Translations under genes and position numbers: made by a program
Source: Eledone cirrhosa
Taxonomy: Eukaryota
Length of the DNA: 64,000 bases
Assembly (NCBI GenBank): GCA_964016885.1
Contig: OZ024742.1
Span: forward strand, 222,456,001-222,520,000
Direction of reading: 5' to 3'
Shown here: positions 1 through 12,510 of the stretch, in pieces
How the letters are laid out: every line of letters starts with the position of its first letter
Numbering within the stretch: position 1 is the first letter of the stretch
Notes under the pieces: model-generated
Databases searched by the model: none
What the model saw: the letters and a program-made list of their open reading frames with translations, nothing else
Told to the model about the DNA's origin: nothing

Positions 1-416
1 AGAGAGAGAGACATCTTTGTTTAAATATATATATGCTAGTCAGGAAAAAAGCCATTAAATGATTCTGCAGCTGATGATGATGATATAAGTGTATGTGTGG
101 TGTATATATATATATATATATATATTTATTTATTTATACATGTATATATATATATTATGATTATTAATATTATTGATATTATTACTATTATTATTATTAT
201 TATATTTTGTTCTACAGATGGTTTTGGCATAAATACTTAATCCACAACATCCTTAATGTAAAGCTGGAATTTAGAATTGTCACTGCCAATAAAACATGCC
301 TCCAGCTATTACAGTGTATTTGATATGATATAATACACCATACCTCCAACCATTAGTGTATTTATATATAGTCTATGGACCTGGCTTATCTTATAACGTG
401 AGAATCCATGTAACTC

Positions 417-790
417 ATGGAGAGAAATGAAGCAAGTATGCTCCGTTGGATGTGCAATGTCAATGTGCGTGAACGACCAAGCATGGACGAGTTGAGAAAG
501 AAACTGGGTATAAGTGTGGTGTGCAGGAGAGAAGGCTGAGATGGTATGGGCATGTGATGCGCATGGAGGATGACCGCTGAGTAAAGAAGTGCCAAGAAAT
601 CCCAGTAGAAGGAAGAAGCAGTAGAGGAAGACCACGTAAAACATGGGCGGAGGTGGTGAGAGCAGACCTCAGATCACTGAAACTCACCGAGGAGATGACG
701 AAGGATCGTGACAAGTGAAAAGATGCTGTGGTGAATAGGACCTGTCCAACCCTTGCAAGCAGGGAAAAGCAGACATAAAATGGTGATGAT
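417..790 (+). mobile_element. RTE-clade LINE 3' fragment (ORF2 C-terminus + 3' tail)
   Basis: Translates across a frameshift and stops as ERNEASMLRWMCNVNVRER...RLRWYGHVMRMEDD...EGRSSRGRPRKTWAEVVRADL; ends ccaacccttgcaagcagggaaaagcagacataaaa + gat-type tail. Confidence 0.88.
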
Positions 791-791
791 A

Positions 792-981
792 TATATAACA
801 AAATTTAATATAGAAATGGCTTCTACTGGACTAGAAGTGTTTCATTCGAAGGAAATCATCAGGCTTTCCTGATGATTTCCTTCAAATGAAACACTTCTGT
901 AGAAGCCATTTCTATATTAAATTTTGTTGTATACACTCTACTAATGTATTGAGTACCTTACTTACCTCCGATTGAACCTGG
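792..981 (-). mobile_element. Fold-back repeat with hammerhead-like core (putative Penelope-like remnant); related copies at 6761-6865, 12872-12945, 15806-15971
   Basis: ~70-bp inverted arms (792-863 / 868-933) around a 4-nt loop; CTGATGA...GAAAC in each arm; shared head gttcaatc...gtaagtaaggtactcaatacat in the 6761 and 15806 copies. Confidence 0.6.
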
Positions 982-1185
982 CACACACACACATATTTAT
1001 ATATATAAATATCAGAGTAAACGAGGTATCGTTTAAGGTTATCCAAGGAGAGGTTACGAGTAATCTGTAACATGGAGGATTTTAACTTATCCGTGTTAAT
1101 CTTCACTCATTTGTTATATATATATATATATATATATAACAGCTAAACCTAGATAAAGCACATGTGTATGTATGATCAGATGGAG

Positions 1186-1400
1186 TCTCTATCATTAAAA
1201 CAACCAAGAAACCTATGAGATGCAATCTTGTAGGAGGCCAGTTCAACTTATGTAGGTGTAAGCCCTAGCAATATGTGTATGACATGACTGGGACTGCTAT
1301 CATTAAAAGATCCAAGAAATTTCTTATGAGATGCAGCCTCATAGAAGGCCAGCTACATAATCTACATAGGTGTGAGCCCTAACAATAACACACGTGTGTG
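1186..1400 (+). repeat. Two tandem ~115-bp copies of a dispersed repeat segment (also at ~24670, ~48625/48853, ~56640)
   Basis: ctatcattaaaa..ccaagaaa..ctatgagatgca..ct..tag.aggccag repeated. Confidence 0.65.
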
Positions 1401-2227
1401 ACTGAAGTCAGGGGGCTTATCAGGCTGGTACTTATCCCAGTTTATGTAGCATGAAGCGACTGAGAGTATATGACTTCCCCCAACAACTACAGATTAGTAA
1501 ATCCTTCTTACTTACCTCCTCCCTGTAGGATTCTATATAATACTACAGTATTATCAACTAATATTTTTCTAACTAAATGTTGTTGCATAATGTGTGTTAC
1601 AATGTATTTGCAATAACTTCTTGTTAAATGTATTGTCAGTAGATTTTCTATCAGGAACTAATTTACACTGATCTCAGCACATTTTTCTAAATCTAGCTAC
1701 ATATTTATATCTTCTCTGATATCTGTGAATGAACTGTTTGTTGTCTGATGTCTCTTAAATGCAAACTTAGGCATATGTGTATGTATGTATGTTCATGTTT
1801 ATGTATGTGTGTGTGTGTGTGTGTGTGCATATGTTCATGTATGTGTATGTATGTGCATATGTTCATGTGTGTATCTGTGTATGTTCATGTGTGACAGTAT
1901 TGAAAAACAGACATTAAATGATGATTTATATATGAACACACACACATACATACATACATATATACATACATATATATATATATAAATCCCAAATACAATT
2001 TATAGATTGTCTATAGCATTTTATATCCATAATGTTATCAACTCACTCCACAAAATATATTTATATTGGAAACTAATATTTTTACCGAAAGTTCTTCACT
2101 CGGATGGGAATTGGATTTTTATTTTTGTTTTAGTTTATTCTTTTATTCTTTTACTGGTTTCAGTCAGTAGACTATGGCCTTACTGGGGCATCACCTTGAT
2201 TTAGTCGATCATATCAACCCCAGTGTA

Positions 2228-2640
2228 TATTTTTTTACATAGTCTCCTCCCTTTTCGATGCACTTGGTCCAGCAGACCACAAGGCTGTGTATTCCTTTCA
2301 CGAAAAAGGTTTTTGGTTGATTGCACAACCATTTATACACTGCTTCTCTTATGGAAGCTGAGTTCATCGTGGATGATTTTATAGACAGAACCATGACTAA
2401 TCTGCAGAGAACATGCTACACCATTGATGATAACTCACTGGTTTGCCATTACCATCTCACGAGCTTGCTGAATCATCAGTGGTGGAGGTTGATGGATGTT
2501 CTACTCCTTCCTTGTGCATCACGCTTGTCCAACCACTTTTAAACTTCTCAATCCACTCATACACTGCGAGTACACTGTCACCATATTGTGTTAAAAGCCT
2601 CTGATGAATTTCACTCCCTAACACAGCTAGCGGAATGGCC
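2228..2640 (-). mobile_element. Internally deleted, decayed mariner transposase
   Basis: N-terminal HTH region SEIHQRLLTQYGDSVL..VYEWIEKFKSG..SV...HPSTSTTDD and C-terminal AVYKWLCNQPKTFFVKGIHSLVVCWTKCIEKGGDYVKK; most of the DD34D domain is missing. Confidence 0.85.
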
Positions 2641-3077
2641 ATGTTTACACCAGCAGTGTAGCTGGTGAGACTATGGGGTGGCACTTTTCAGTCTGCTGTA
2701 GGCTACAAGCATTCTTTTAATGCTGTGTGTAGGACATGCCATCTTCATTTTTATCATATAAATTTCAGTTATTTTTCTTGGCAGAAGTTCATTTGAGGGT
2801 ATGTGTTGCTCTAATTATCATGTTTGGGACCTGGCCTTTCTGGCCAGATGAATTTTGTGTGTGATTAGGTTGTATTTTGGTGATTTGGCTGATTGTTTTG
2901 GTCGCGCCTTTGCCTGGCTAGCTCTTATTGACCAACCATCTTTTACCTTTGATTTTCAGCTGAATTTGTTTTTCAAAATTATTGTATTCCAGTTTATTCA
3001 ATATTCACTTTCCTTGCCATTAAATTATCATCAGTATATTATTTGCTTTCTGGTCAAATTACCTATCGTACGTTCCA

Positions 3078-4983
3078 TTCTCCGATACTCTCCTTCCAAT
3101 GAAGCTCTTTACTGCTTTTGTTGCAAACTGTTTTCAGACAAAAGTAACTCAAAATTTAATTCTGAGGATGGATTCAACATATGGTGGAAACTGAATTCTA
3201 GAATATCTAAGCACGAATCCAGTGCAGCTCACGTTTGGAATATCACACAATGGAAGGAATTGGAAATTGGGATTGCTCATGGAGCAACAATTGATAAAAC
3301 GTGTTGTTGAAAGCCAAGTGAAAATGTGGAAGGAAATCCTTTCAAGATTGCTTGATATTATTAGATTCTTAGCTAAAAAGAATTTGGTTTTACGAGGCCA
3401 CCAAGAAGGAATGAATTATGAGAGTCTGATGAGCAACAGAAAATAGAGGAAATTTTTTATAGCTTGTTCATTTGTTGGAGAAATATGATCCGGTGCTACG
3501 TGATCATCTTCTACAAATCCAACTGGGAAACAAGTTTGCTACTTCATATGTCTCCTACTATTCAGAACGAGTTTATAGAAATTTGAGAAGCAAGGTCATC
3601 AAGCAAGTAAAAGAAGCCAAGTACGTTTCCATGATATTCGACAGCACTCCTGATATTTCACATAAGGATCAAATGAGCCAAGTTTTACGCTATTTTATGA
3701 TTGATGTAGATAAAATGAAGGTTATTGAATCATTTGTATGTTTCATTGAAACAAAAGGTAAAACCTTCAAGAATATTTCTTGGGTAATTGATATTCAAAA
3801 CTGTAGGGGGCAAGAATATGATAATGCTGCAGTGATGGCTGGTCTACATACTGGTGTTCAGAAACGTATAAAAGAAATTAATCAAAAAGCAGAATTTGTC
3901 TCTTGTTCATGCAGCTCCTGTTGGTGTGAATTCTGGGGTTTTTTTGGGATGTGTGGAACATTTGTTTGTATTTTTTTTCTTCATCAACCCATCGCTGTGA
4001 TGTTCTAACTTCAGTCACTGGTCAAAGTGTCAAGTACATAATAGAAACTCAGTAGAATGCTAGGGGAAAAGCTGTAAGTGTTGTAAAGAAACATTTCTCA
4101 AAAATCTTAAGTTAACTGATGAAGAAGAAAATACAGCTACAAGAGCAGATGCTGGAGTTCTACTTGGTGCGTTGCAATCACTTTCCCTTTTCTTCTTTTT
4201 TGGCCTGTGGAGACCCTTCCTTCTAGAAATTAACGACACAGACTTACCTCCAAGCCAAAGGATTGAACATACAATGTGATATAAAACTCAAGACATTAGA
4301 AACATTTCTAGCTGAAAACAGGGACAAGCTAGTGAGTAATGGAGTTAACTATTCTAAAGAAATTTGCAATGATCTTGGGTCAGTCATGGGGCGTCAGTGG
4401 CGACCCAAAAATAAGAAACAAATGTTTGGTGAAGGATTACTAGTTGCTGAATTGCCATACAACATTGAATTGAGGAGAGAAATGTTTTCTTCACTGGACA
4501 GAGTGATCAGAGAAATAATTTGAGATTTCAACAGCTTCATGAAGTTGCTGAGAAATATGTCTTCCTTATCCCATTGAATCATTTGGGCGATAAATATGTG
4601 TGTCAATCACAATCATGATGACATTGATAAAGAGGAGTTCCTAGTTGGAAGCAAAAGACTTCAGCATTTTATTGCTGTTGCTGCTATTAAAGAGTGTAAG
4701 ATGTGGCAAGAAGACTCCCTTGAATTTTTGCTGTTTATTCAAAAGCATATCCTTGGGAACTTGATTCCAAATATAGTAATAATGATGTAGATTTTCCTCA
4801 CAATTGCTATTAGTGTTGCTGCCTGTGAGAGGAGTTTTTCAAAACTAAAACTGATCAATAATTACTTAAGATCTACTACAAGCACCTTGCAGTTGAGTAA
4901 TCTTGCCATACTGTCTATAGAGCAACAATTGACAGATGAAATAGTTTTTGACAATGTCATTGAAGAATTTGCCAGCAAAAACG
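3078..4983 (+). pseudogene. hAT transposase pseudogene, ZMYM1/Tip100-like (TTF zinc finger, DUF4371-like region, hATC dimerisation domain)
   Basis: YSPSNEALYCFCCKLF, GFNIW..HESS..H, FLAKKNLVLRGH, MIFDSTPDISHKDQMSQVLRY, CRGQEYDNAAVMAG..GVQKRI, IFLTIAISVAACERSFSKLKLI..YLRST, LSNLAILSIE spread over several frames with stops. Confidence 0.93.
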
Positions 4984-5392
4984 TGTACTGGGTACATTTT
5001 CACGTGGCACCAGCACTAGAGAGGTTATCATGCCCTGGACACAACCAAAGGAGTCTTCTGAGCGTCTCTGTTTGGCAAGTTTTCTATGACTGAATACCCA
5101 TCCTTAATACAAACTACAATACAGCATGTACTTGGTATATTTTATCATGGCACCAGCACTAGAGAAATTGATGTGTTAGTGACGTGAGTCTTCTTGACCC
5201 TTTTTTAGCAAGGTTTCTACAGCTGGATGCCCTTCCTAACACCATTCATTTTACAGAGTGTACTGGGTGTGTTTTATCATAGCACCAGCACTATCACTTT
5301 ACAAAATGTATGAGGGGCATTTAATCATGGGACCACCACTAGAGAAGATGCCGTGTTAATGACATGATTGAAGAGTCCTCTCAATCCTTTCT
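4984..5392 (-). repeat. Degenerate tandem ~130-bp units related to the RTE/SINE 3' UTR (similar block at 35640-36090)
   Basis: Recurrent gtttcta..gctggatgcccttcctaacacc...tacagagtgtactgggt...ggcaccagcactagag. Confidence 0.7.
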
Positions 5393-5936
5393 GTAGTCAA
5401 TATATTTTTTTCCTGATAAATGGAACTCAGTTGTGTATAGTTAATGTATCAAGTATCAAAAAATGTTGTAAATAAATTATACAACACTTTCTGGTAATCC
5501 AACCACATCATGGTTTAGATATGTTTTATTTTGTTTTTATATTCTTTTATTCCTTTATTCTTTCACTAGTTCCAATCATTAGGTTGTGACCCCCCTGTAC
5601 ATATTTTGTTTTCCATGTCTAGTACTTATTCTCTCTCTCTCTTTCTTCTCTCTTTGAACCACCAAGTTATGCGACATAGACACAGGCACAAATGTAAACA
5701 CACACACATATGCAAGCGTTGTAGTAACATACTCTTAAAAATGCATGGAATGTTTGTGATATGGAGACTTGGAAGACCACAGATCAGGATAATACACAAT
5801 GCATGTTTAGATACAGAGATGGTATAGATATTCAGTAAAATCCCTTCAAAGCAAACAATCTTACAAGCCAGTCAAAGTGGATAGAGCCCTATCTATCTGT
5901 TTCTCTCTTTCTCTCTTTCTCTCTCTCTCTCACTAT

Positions 5937-6462
5937 ATCATCATCATCATCATCTTCGTTTAACATCCACTTTCCACGCTAACATGGGTTAGATGGGAGT
6001 TGTCCCACTTGAGGCAAGGTTTGGTCATATAGGACTATCTGGCAGGTTTTCTACGGCTGGATGCCCTTCCTAACACCAACCACATTTACAGTGTGGAACT
6101 GGAACTTTTTACCGTGTTACCTACACGGCCACATTACAGCGTGGACTGTGTGTTTTTTTCTCGTGACATCTACATGATCTCGATCTCATTATCTCATTTA
6201 TTTGGACTGGATGTTGTGGTACCAACTTTATAGAGAGAGGGTGGTGTTGGTGGGAGTGGGATGATAGGGTAGGGGTAGTGGATTGGGGTGTATATTTGGT
6301 TAAGAGGTGCCTACTGACTGTAGGTTTCGCTTTGTACATAGGCAAAGCGGGTCTTCTGTATTACTGCGTAGCCCCAAAGATCTCGGTCCAGTGACATTGT
6401 CTTAGAGAGGTGCAAGTGTGTAAGGTCGGAATTTATCAGATCGTCCCAGTTTTTTCTGGGTC
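5937..6462 (-). mobile_element. RTE LINE 3' end (same family as 13504-14737)
   Basis: RPRKNWDDLINSDLTHLHLSKTMSLDRDLW.YAVIQKTR matches 14240-14364; shared 3' UTR and (GAT)n tail. Confidence 0.9.
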
Positions 6463-6477
6463 TATATATATATATAT

Positions 6478-6722
6478 ATCTAGGGCGGGTAAAATTTCCG
6501 AGATCCATGGACGAGTTCTCTCCAGCGGTCTCTGTCCCTCATTATCGCTGCCATGTCCTGCGTCTCCAACAGACCAGTGTCTGTCATTAGGGCATCAACA
6601 TACGTTAACCTTGGTCTTCCTCTTTGAGTGTGTCCATGTAAGGGCTCCCACAAGAGCACTGAGTGCAATGTCAGCTCTGAATGTCAGTGAGCATGTCCAG
6701 CTAACCTCAGTCTCCTCTGTGT
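6478..6722 (-). mobile_element. RTE/RTE-X-like LINE 3' fragment, second family (another copy at 45545-45675, +)
   Basis: VLLWEPLHGHTQRGRPRLTYVDALMTDTGL...MRDRDRWRELV is a typical ORF2 C-terminus; both copies end in a tag(ata)/(ta)n tail. Confidence 0.8.
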
Positions 6723-6894
6723 CACTTTTGTTGTGTATATATATGGGTGTGTGTGTGTGTCGGGTTTAATCAGAGTTAACCACAGTAAGTAAGGTACTCA
6801 ATACATAGCAGAGTATATAATGTTTATGGAAATGGACTAGAACTGTTTCATTTGAAAGAAATCATATATGTGTGTGTGGGGTGGGGTATACACA

Positions 6895-7060
6895 CAAGAC
6901 AGGCTTCCACATAGTTTCTGTTTGCTAGATTTCACTCACAGCGCATTGATCAATGCAAGACTACAGTAGAAGACACTTACCCAAGATCCCACACAGTAGG
7001 AATGAACCCAAAGCTATGCAGTTACAGGGAAAACTCCTTAACCACACATCTGTGCCTGCA
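6895..7060 (-). mobile_element. Old tRNA-derived CORE-like SINE
   Basis: Reverse strand has tgtggttaag (A box), gggttcattcc (B box), cttgggtaagtgtcttctac core and gaagcctgtc(gt)n end. Confidence 0.6.
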
Positions 7061-7379
7061 CTGATTTTAAAAAGATTTTCCTTGGTATAGTAGTTAGCAT
7101 TAGGAAGGGCATCCAACCGTAGAAAGCATGTGAAAATATGGAATATACAAGCAAGATGTGGTTCTCCAACCCATCTACTCATAGGTCATGGGGACCCATC
7201 CAACCCATGCCAGCATGGAAAATGGACATAAAACGATGGTGATGATGGAAGCAAGGCACAGAAGATGAACATTGAGAGACAGAGAAGACTGCAAAGAATG
7301 GAAATGAGAATGGTTTGGTAGATGAGTGGAATATCTCCCAGAGAGAGGAAGATAAACAATGAATGATAGAAATAGAAGC

Positions 7380-7660
7380 AATGATAAAATGAGATGGTTG
7401 AGTCATGTGTTGAGAAAGGATGAAAGTAATTGGGTGAGAAGTGTGATGAAAATGAATGCAGAAGGAAGTAGAGGAAAAGAAAAACCAAGAAAGACATGGC
7501 TAAAAGATGATGGGGGAAACGAAAGCCCCAGAGTTGGTGGGGAGGGACGCAAACAATGGAGCAATTATAAATGATAGGGGGAAATGGGGAAGCTTGTCAC
7601 CCACGCTTCTGCTTTAGAAGGAAAAATGGGCCTTAAAACACTGCTGTTGATGTTGTTGCT
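7380..7660 (+). mobile_element. Degraded RTE LINE 3' fragment
   Basis: KMRWLSHVLRKDESNWVRSVMKMNAEGSRGKEKPRKTW. Confidence 0.7.
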
Positions 7661-7715
7661 GCTGCAGTTGTTGTTGTTGGTAGTGGTGGTGGTGGTGGTG
7701 GTGTTTATGATTAAA

Positions 7716-7750
<35 letters not shown>

Positions 7751-8148
7751 CTCCCCAATGATTGGCATCCTTTCGTGTGCTGTGTCCATTTGTGTATCAA
7801 ATACTGGGGGGAAAAAAATTCTCTAGATAAAATATCAAAAGCTTTCTGGTAATCCAACTACACCATAGTTTAGATATTTAGTTATGTTATATTATGTTAT
7901 TGTATTTTATATTATGCTATGTATTTACTATGATATTTCTCCCCATATATACTTTATTCACTATAACATTAATGGTTCTGGAATTTTGTGGAGGTTTCAT
8001 ATATTTCTTGGTTTCATTGATTTTGTTTTGTTTTGTTTTTCTCTCCTATGATTAAGATATTGCTGTTTGTATGTTGAATAGCAAACAGTCACTTGGAGGA
8101 GAGAGGGAGAAGGGGAGCAGTAAAGATATTAGTGACCAGTCATTGGCG

Positions 8149-8181
<33 letters not shown>

Positions 8182-8273
8182 GGTGTGTATGTGTATATGT
8201 ATGTATATATGTTTGTGTGTGTATGTATGTATGTATATATATGTGTGTATGTGTGTGTATATATATATGTTTA

Positions 8274-8321
<48 letters not shown>

Positions 8322-8445
8322 CATGTATGTGTATGTATATATATATATGTGAGTGTGTGCACAAAATTGCATTATGGGAATGATGAGAAAGATGGATGCT
8401 TTTGTTCATTCATTCTATTTTGTTTTGTTTCTGTGTGCAACCTTG

Positions 8446-8495
<50 letters not shown>
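8149..8495. repeat. (TA)n/(TG)n compound microsatellites
   Basis: Direct inspection. Confidence 0.95.
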
Positions 8496-8498
<3 letters not shown>

Positions 8499-10580
8499 TG
8501 GTGGGGGCGATGGATCTGTCATTGCTTGTACAAGAAAAGAAATAAACAACTAAACTATAGCTATTACATTCAATGGAGTATGACTTTGTATCAGGATATA
8601 CCATGCTGTCACTAATAGTGTTAAGTATTCATATAGTTATGAGTAAACACAGACATCCTCTCAACACTCCAGCCCAGCCCTTAATCCAACTGAACATCTA
8701 AGAGATTACTGCTGGGAGGAGATAGTGGGCTGTATCAGCAGATAGAGACAGTCTAGGGGAGGAAGGATAAGTTCAACTGTTATTAAATCTCCTGAAACCG
8801 CTTGTGGTTCAATATTTATTTTAAAGTGTTTATTAATATCGCTAGATCATCAGACAACATGTTTTCCAGCATATAGCTACGTCCCTTTACATACTGAATT
8901 CAAATCCCACCAAGGTTAGCTTTGCCTTATATCCTTACAGAGTCAGTAGAATAAAGTACTGGTAACGCACTGGAGGTCAAATTAATTGACCTCTCCTCTC
9001 CCAAAATTTATGGCCTTGTGATTAAATCAGAAACCATTATTATCATTATCAACATCACTTAATGTCCATTTTTTTTCCATGCTGCCATAGGCTGGACAGG
9101 TTGTCATGGACCAAGTCAGATAAGCCAAGGGCTACATCTTACATATATGTATATGGTCCTACATTTTATAGTATATACTGGGTATCTTTTGTCACAGCAC
9201 CAACACTTAGGAAGATTTTTGTGCCCTTGATACAGCTGAAGAATCCACTCAACCCTGTTGGGCAATTTTTCTATTGCTGGGTGTCCTTCTTCTCAAAAAA
9301 ACCTTCCATTATATATTTAAAAAATGAATAGTGTGACAGTTAGTTATATTAGTAAATCCTTCCAAATTGTTGATTATTTACAAAATTATTTGAAAGTCAT
9401 AGGCCGTGCCTTTCATTAGAAATATGGTAACGAATGGGTTACTTTTTTATCAAAGGAAGTGTAACTAAATACTTTATTTATTTAGATATTCTCTAATTAA
9501 AAGTACATTCACAAGATATCTTGAGGTGATATATATATATATAAATATCTATTTATTATTAGCAAGAAGACATTTAATAACCTGTTCAGTTTATATTGAA
9601 ACTAAATTTGCTTTCCAAGGAGAAATAATATAAGTTACAATATAATTGTAGTGCACCTGAAAACTGTAACAAGAATTTTCATCATGATCGGCGGCAGCAT
9701 TTTTTTATAAAATCAAGCACTTATAACTTTCTTTACACCCAACTCTCCTTACATCCCTGAGTGAATAATATAAGCCAGGTACATTTAACCTTTTTGTGAC
9801 CATATTTCTACCAAGAATGTATTTTGCCTCTGTGTTTTAATGTTCAAAGTAATTAGGAATTATGAGAGGTTTAATGAAATAACTAACTTTCAATTTAATT
9901 TGACTGACTGTCAAAACCTCCGATCTCCTTAGTCCCTGAACTGCTATTTTCTTCCACAAAATTGAGAGGAGTGCACCCTGCCTCAGGAAGGAGTCCCATG
10001 AGGGGAAATGGCTGATTCAGTGTATGTCACTGGCTGTTCTCTGTGGGGCACAGCTGAAATATCCTGCCTAGATGGGGAGATGAGGGTAGAGTCTACCCAC
10101 CTCTTAACCCCTTTTGCTATTTACTTTTTTTCTTTTTCTTTTTTATTGCAAACATTATGCATTATGTACTTTGATTAAAATTTGTTGAATAAATATCTTT
10201 AAGTACTGCAAAGACAAATATCTAACTACTAAAATCTAACGTAGTTGGTGTGAGGAAGGGCATCCAGCTGTAGAAACCAAGCCAAAATACAGATTCATAT
10301 GAGCATGACGTGGTCTCCTAACCTGACTTGTCTCATAACATGACAACCCGTCTAACCCATGCAAGCATGGAAAAATGGACGTTAAACAACAATGATGATG
10401 ATAATGATGATATCACTCTGTCCCAGATTTGAATTTGAGTGGGTTCCTGTTTATCTCTTAACACCCTGTAGCGATTTAGCAGAAAATATCTAAAAACAGG
10501 TTTGTTAATTCAAATGATTATAGTATATTTACAAGTGAACAAACTGTTATGAAAATTTGCAGTATTAGAATAAAAGCAAT

Positions 10581-10770
10581 AATTGTTTCTACTTTTGGCA
10601 CAAGGCCAGCAATTACCCAGTATATTACTGGTACTTTATTTTATCAACCCCGTAAGGATGAAAGGCAAAGTTAACCTCGGCGGGATTTGAACTCAGAATG
10701 GCAAGGGCCGTAACTCTATACGTCAAAGTATGGCGTCCGACCCTCTACCGACGCTGCCAATCCACTGCCC
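10581..10770 (-). mobile_element. tRNA-derived SINE with Meta-like central domain, full length, with TSD
   Basis: Head tggcagcgtcggtaga...gagttcaaatcccgcc; central aactttgcctttcatccttacggggttgataaaataaagtaccag; tail tgctggccttgtgccaaaagtagaaacaatt; flanked by direct repeat tagaataaaagcaat (10566, 10771). Confidence 0.88.
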
Positions 10771-11109
10771 TAGAATAAAAGCAATAATATTAAATGTGAT
10801 AAAGTACCAGTAATGCACTGGGTAATTGCTGGCCTTGTGCCTAAAGTAGAAACAATTAAATGTGATGCAGTCATAGTGTTCTGGGCTAATCTATCTACTT
10901 CCCTGTGGCTCTGTAATCTACTCTACACATCCTACATCCCTTATAGGCACTAAATAAAACTTTACTTTATCTTTTGTCCTCTTATCTTCACCTTGTCAAG
11001 TTCAAACTTATAACTTCTTGACCTAAATAATGGTCTTATATATCTCAGCTATCAGCCCTTCATCACTCAAGAATCTAAAGTAACCCTCTGCCCCTACCTA
11101 CCTACCTCA

Positions 11110-11415
11110 ACTATAGAAGTAACCCCAAATCTCCACTAAATACCTTCTTTACCTCACTACAGAATTAACCCCAACCTCCCCTCCTTAACTGAAGTCACTC
11201 CAACTTCACTGCAGAAGTAAACCCCACCATCATCATCTCCATCACCAATACTGAAATAACTCCCACTACAGAAGTAACCCTATCACTATTACAGCATTGG
11301 AGTAAACCCCCTACTCCACAACAGATGTAAACTCCACCTCTACCACCACTAGAGTAACCCTCTCCCTCATTCAACAGAAATAAACGCCACCACCACTACT
11401 GAAGTAAACCCAAGT
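11110..11415. repeat. Degenerate minisatellite with core actacagaagtaacccc
   Basis: About 8 spaced recurrences of cagaagtaaccc-like motifs. Confidence 0.7.
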
Positions 11416-11584
11416 CCCTTTATCTCTTTATCCCTCTTCTTTCTGTCCCTCTTCCTCCCTCACTCACTACTTCAGAGTTAATGGAATGGAATCCCACAAT
11501 CAACCAGTTAGTAGAACATTCCATTTTATGTAACCTAATTACAATAATTCTTTCTAAAGTTGGCACAAGGCCAGCAATTTAGGG

Positions 11585-12014
11585 GAAGGGGGAAAGTTAA
11601 TTATATCAACTCCAATATTTAACTGGTACTTTATTGTATCAACACCAGATGTAACCTAATAAATAAATCTCCTCTGCTAGTTGTAATAGTAAAGGTGATG
11701 GGGGGGGGGGGGGGGGTACTGGTTATGTAACTTCCAAAGGTTATTGATTTGGGGAAAATTGATTATATCAACCCCAGTATTTAACTGGTACTTTAATTTA
11801 TCGACACTGGATATAACCTAATAAATAGATCCCAACTTTCTCCTCTGTTAGTTATAATAGTAAAGGTGATATTGAGTTGAGAGTGAGGTTAATGGTTATG
11901 TAAGTTCCGAAAATTGTTGATTTTGGGAAAATTGATAAATCCCAGTATTTAACTCGTACTTTATTTTATCAACACCAGATGTAACCTAATAAATATATCT
12001 CCTCTGATAGTTTC

Positions 12015-12061
<47 letters not shown>

Positions 12062-12510
12062 AATTATTGTGTAAAGTGCTCAGGTGCACTATAACTCGTC
12101 AAAGGTGCATGTATAGTACATAGAATAATATACAAATGTCAGGGAAGTGAATAGTGTATGAGTCATGATATACATGTGTGTATGTGTATAGAGGGGGAAT
12201 ATTAGGTGTAGTGTTGGCGAATCTCAGGAAGCATGGAGGTTTTAAAGGATGCAGTGTCTCGACAGCTAACATAAAGGTGATATTGGGGTAGTTTACTGGT
12301 TATGTAACTTATGAAGGTTATTGTTTTTTTTTTTGGGGGGGGGGGGGGATTGATTATATAAACCCAGTTATAACTACTTTATTTTATTAACACTGGATAT
12401 AACCTAATTAATAAATAATAAATCCCAACTTTCTCCTGTGTTGGTTGTAATAATAAAGGTGATATTGGGCTGGTGGGGTTACTGGTTATGTAACTTCCAA
12501 AGGTTGTTGT
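11585..12510. repeat. ~175-bp tandem repeat (~4 units) partly built from SINE sequence, interrupted by a CR1 3' end
   Basis: Unit: ttgattatatcaaccccagtatttaactggtactttattttatcaacac.ggat.taacctaat...taaaggtgat...tggttatgtaacttcc.aagg. Confidence 0.8.
12016..12270 (-). mobile_element. CR1-clade LINE 3' end with (ATT)n tail
   Basis: Reverse complement matches the 3' UTR of the CR1 fragment at 55260-55457; long (aat)n run at 12016-12059. Confidence 0.8.

Noticed and set aside
200-300. Acceptor-like ttttgttctacAG|ATG with downstream AATAAA
   Set aside because: The ATG frame stops after 7 codons, no donor is evident, and it lies at the window edge with no context
1505-1760. Perfect minus-strand donor GAG|GTAAGT near 1514
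   Set aside because: No convincing acceptor or open frame upstream; isolated donors occur by chance and GTAAGT is also part of a local repeat head
8071-8615. YI/CV/HT-repeat ORFs (also 28150-28722 and 40112-40950)
   Set aside because: Dinucleotide microsatellite translations
8655-8720. HSSPALNPTEHL resembling the Tc1 SPDLNPIE motif
   Set aside because: Only ~12 aa of similarity with no supporting flanking transposase sequence or TIRs
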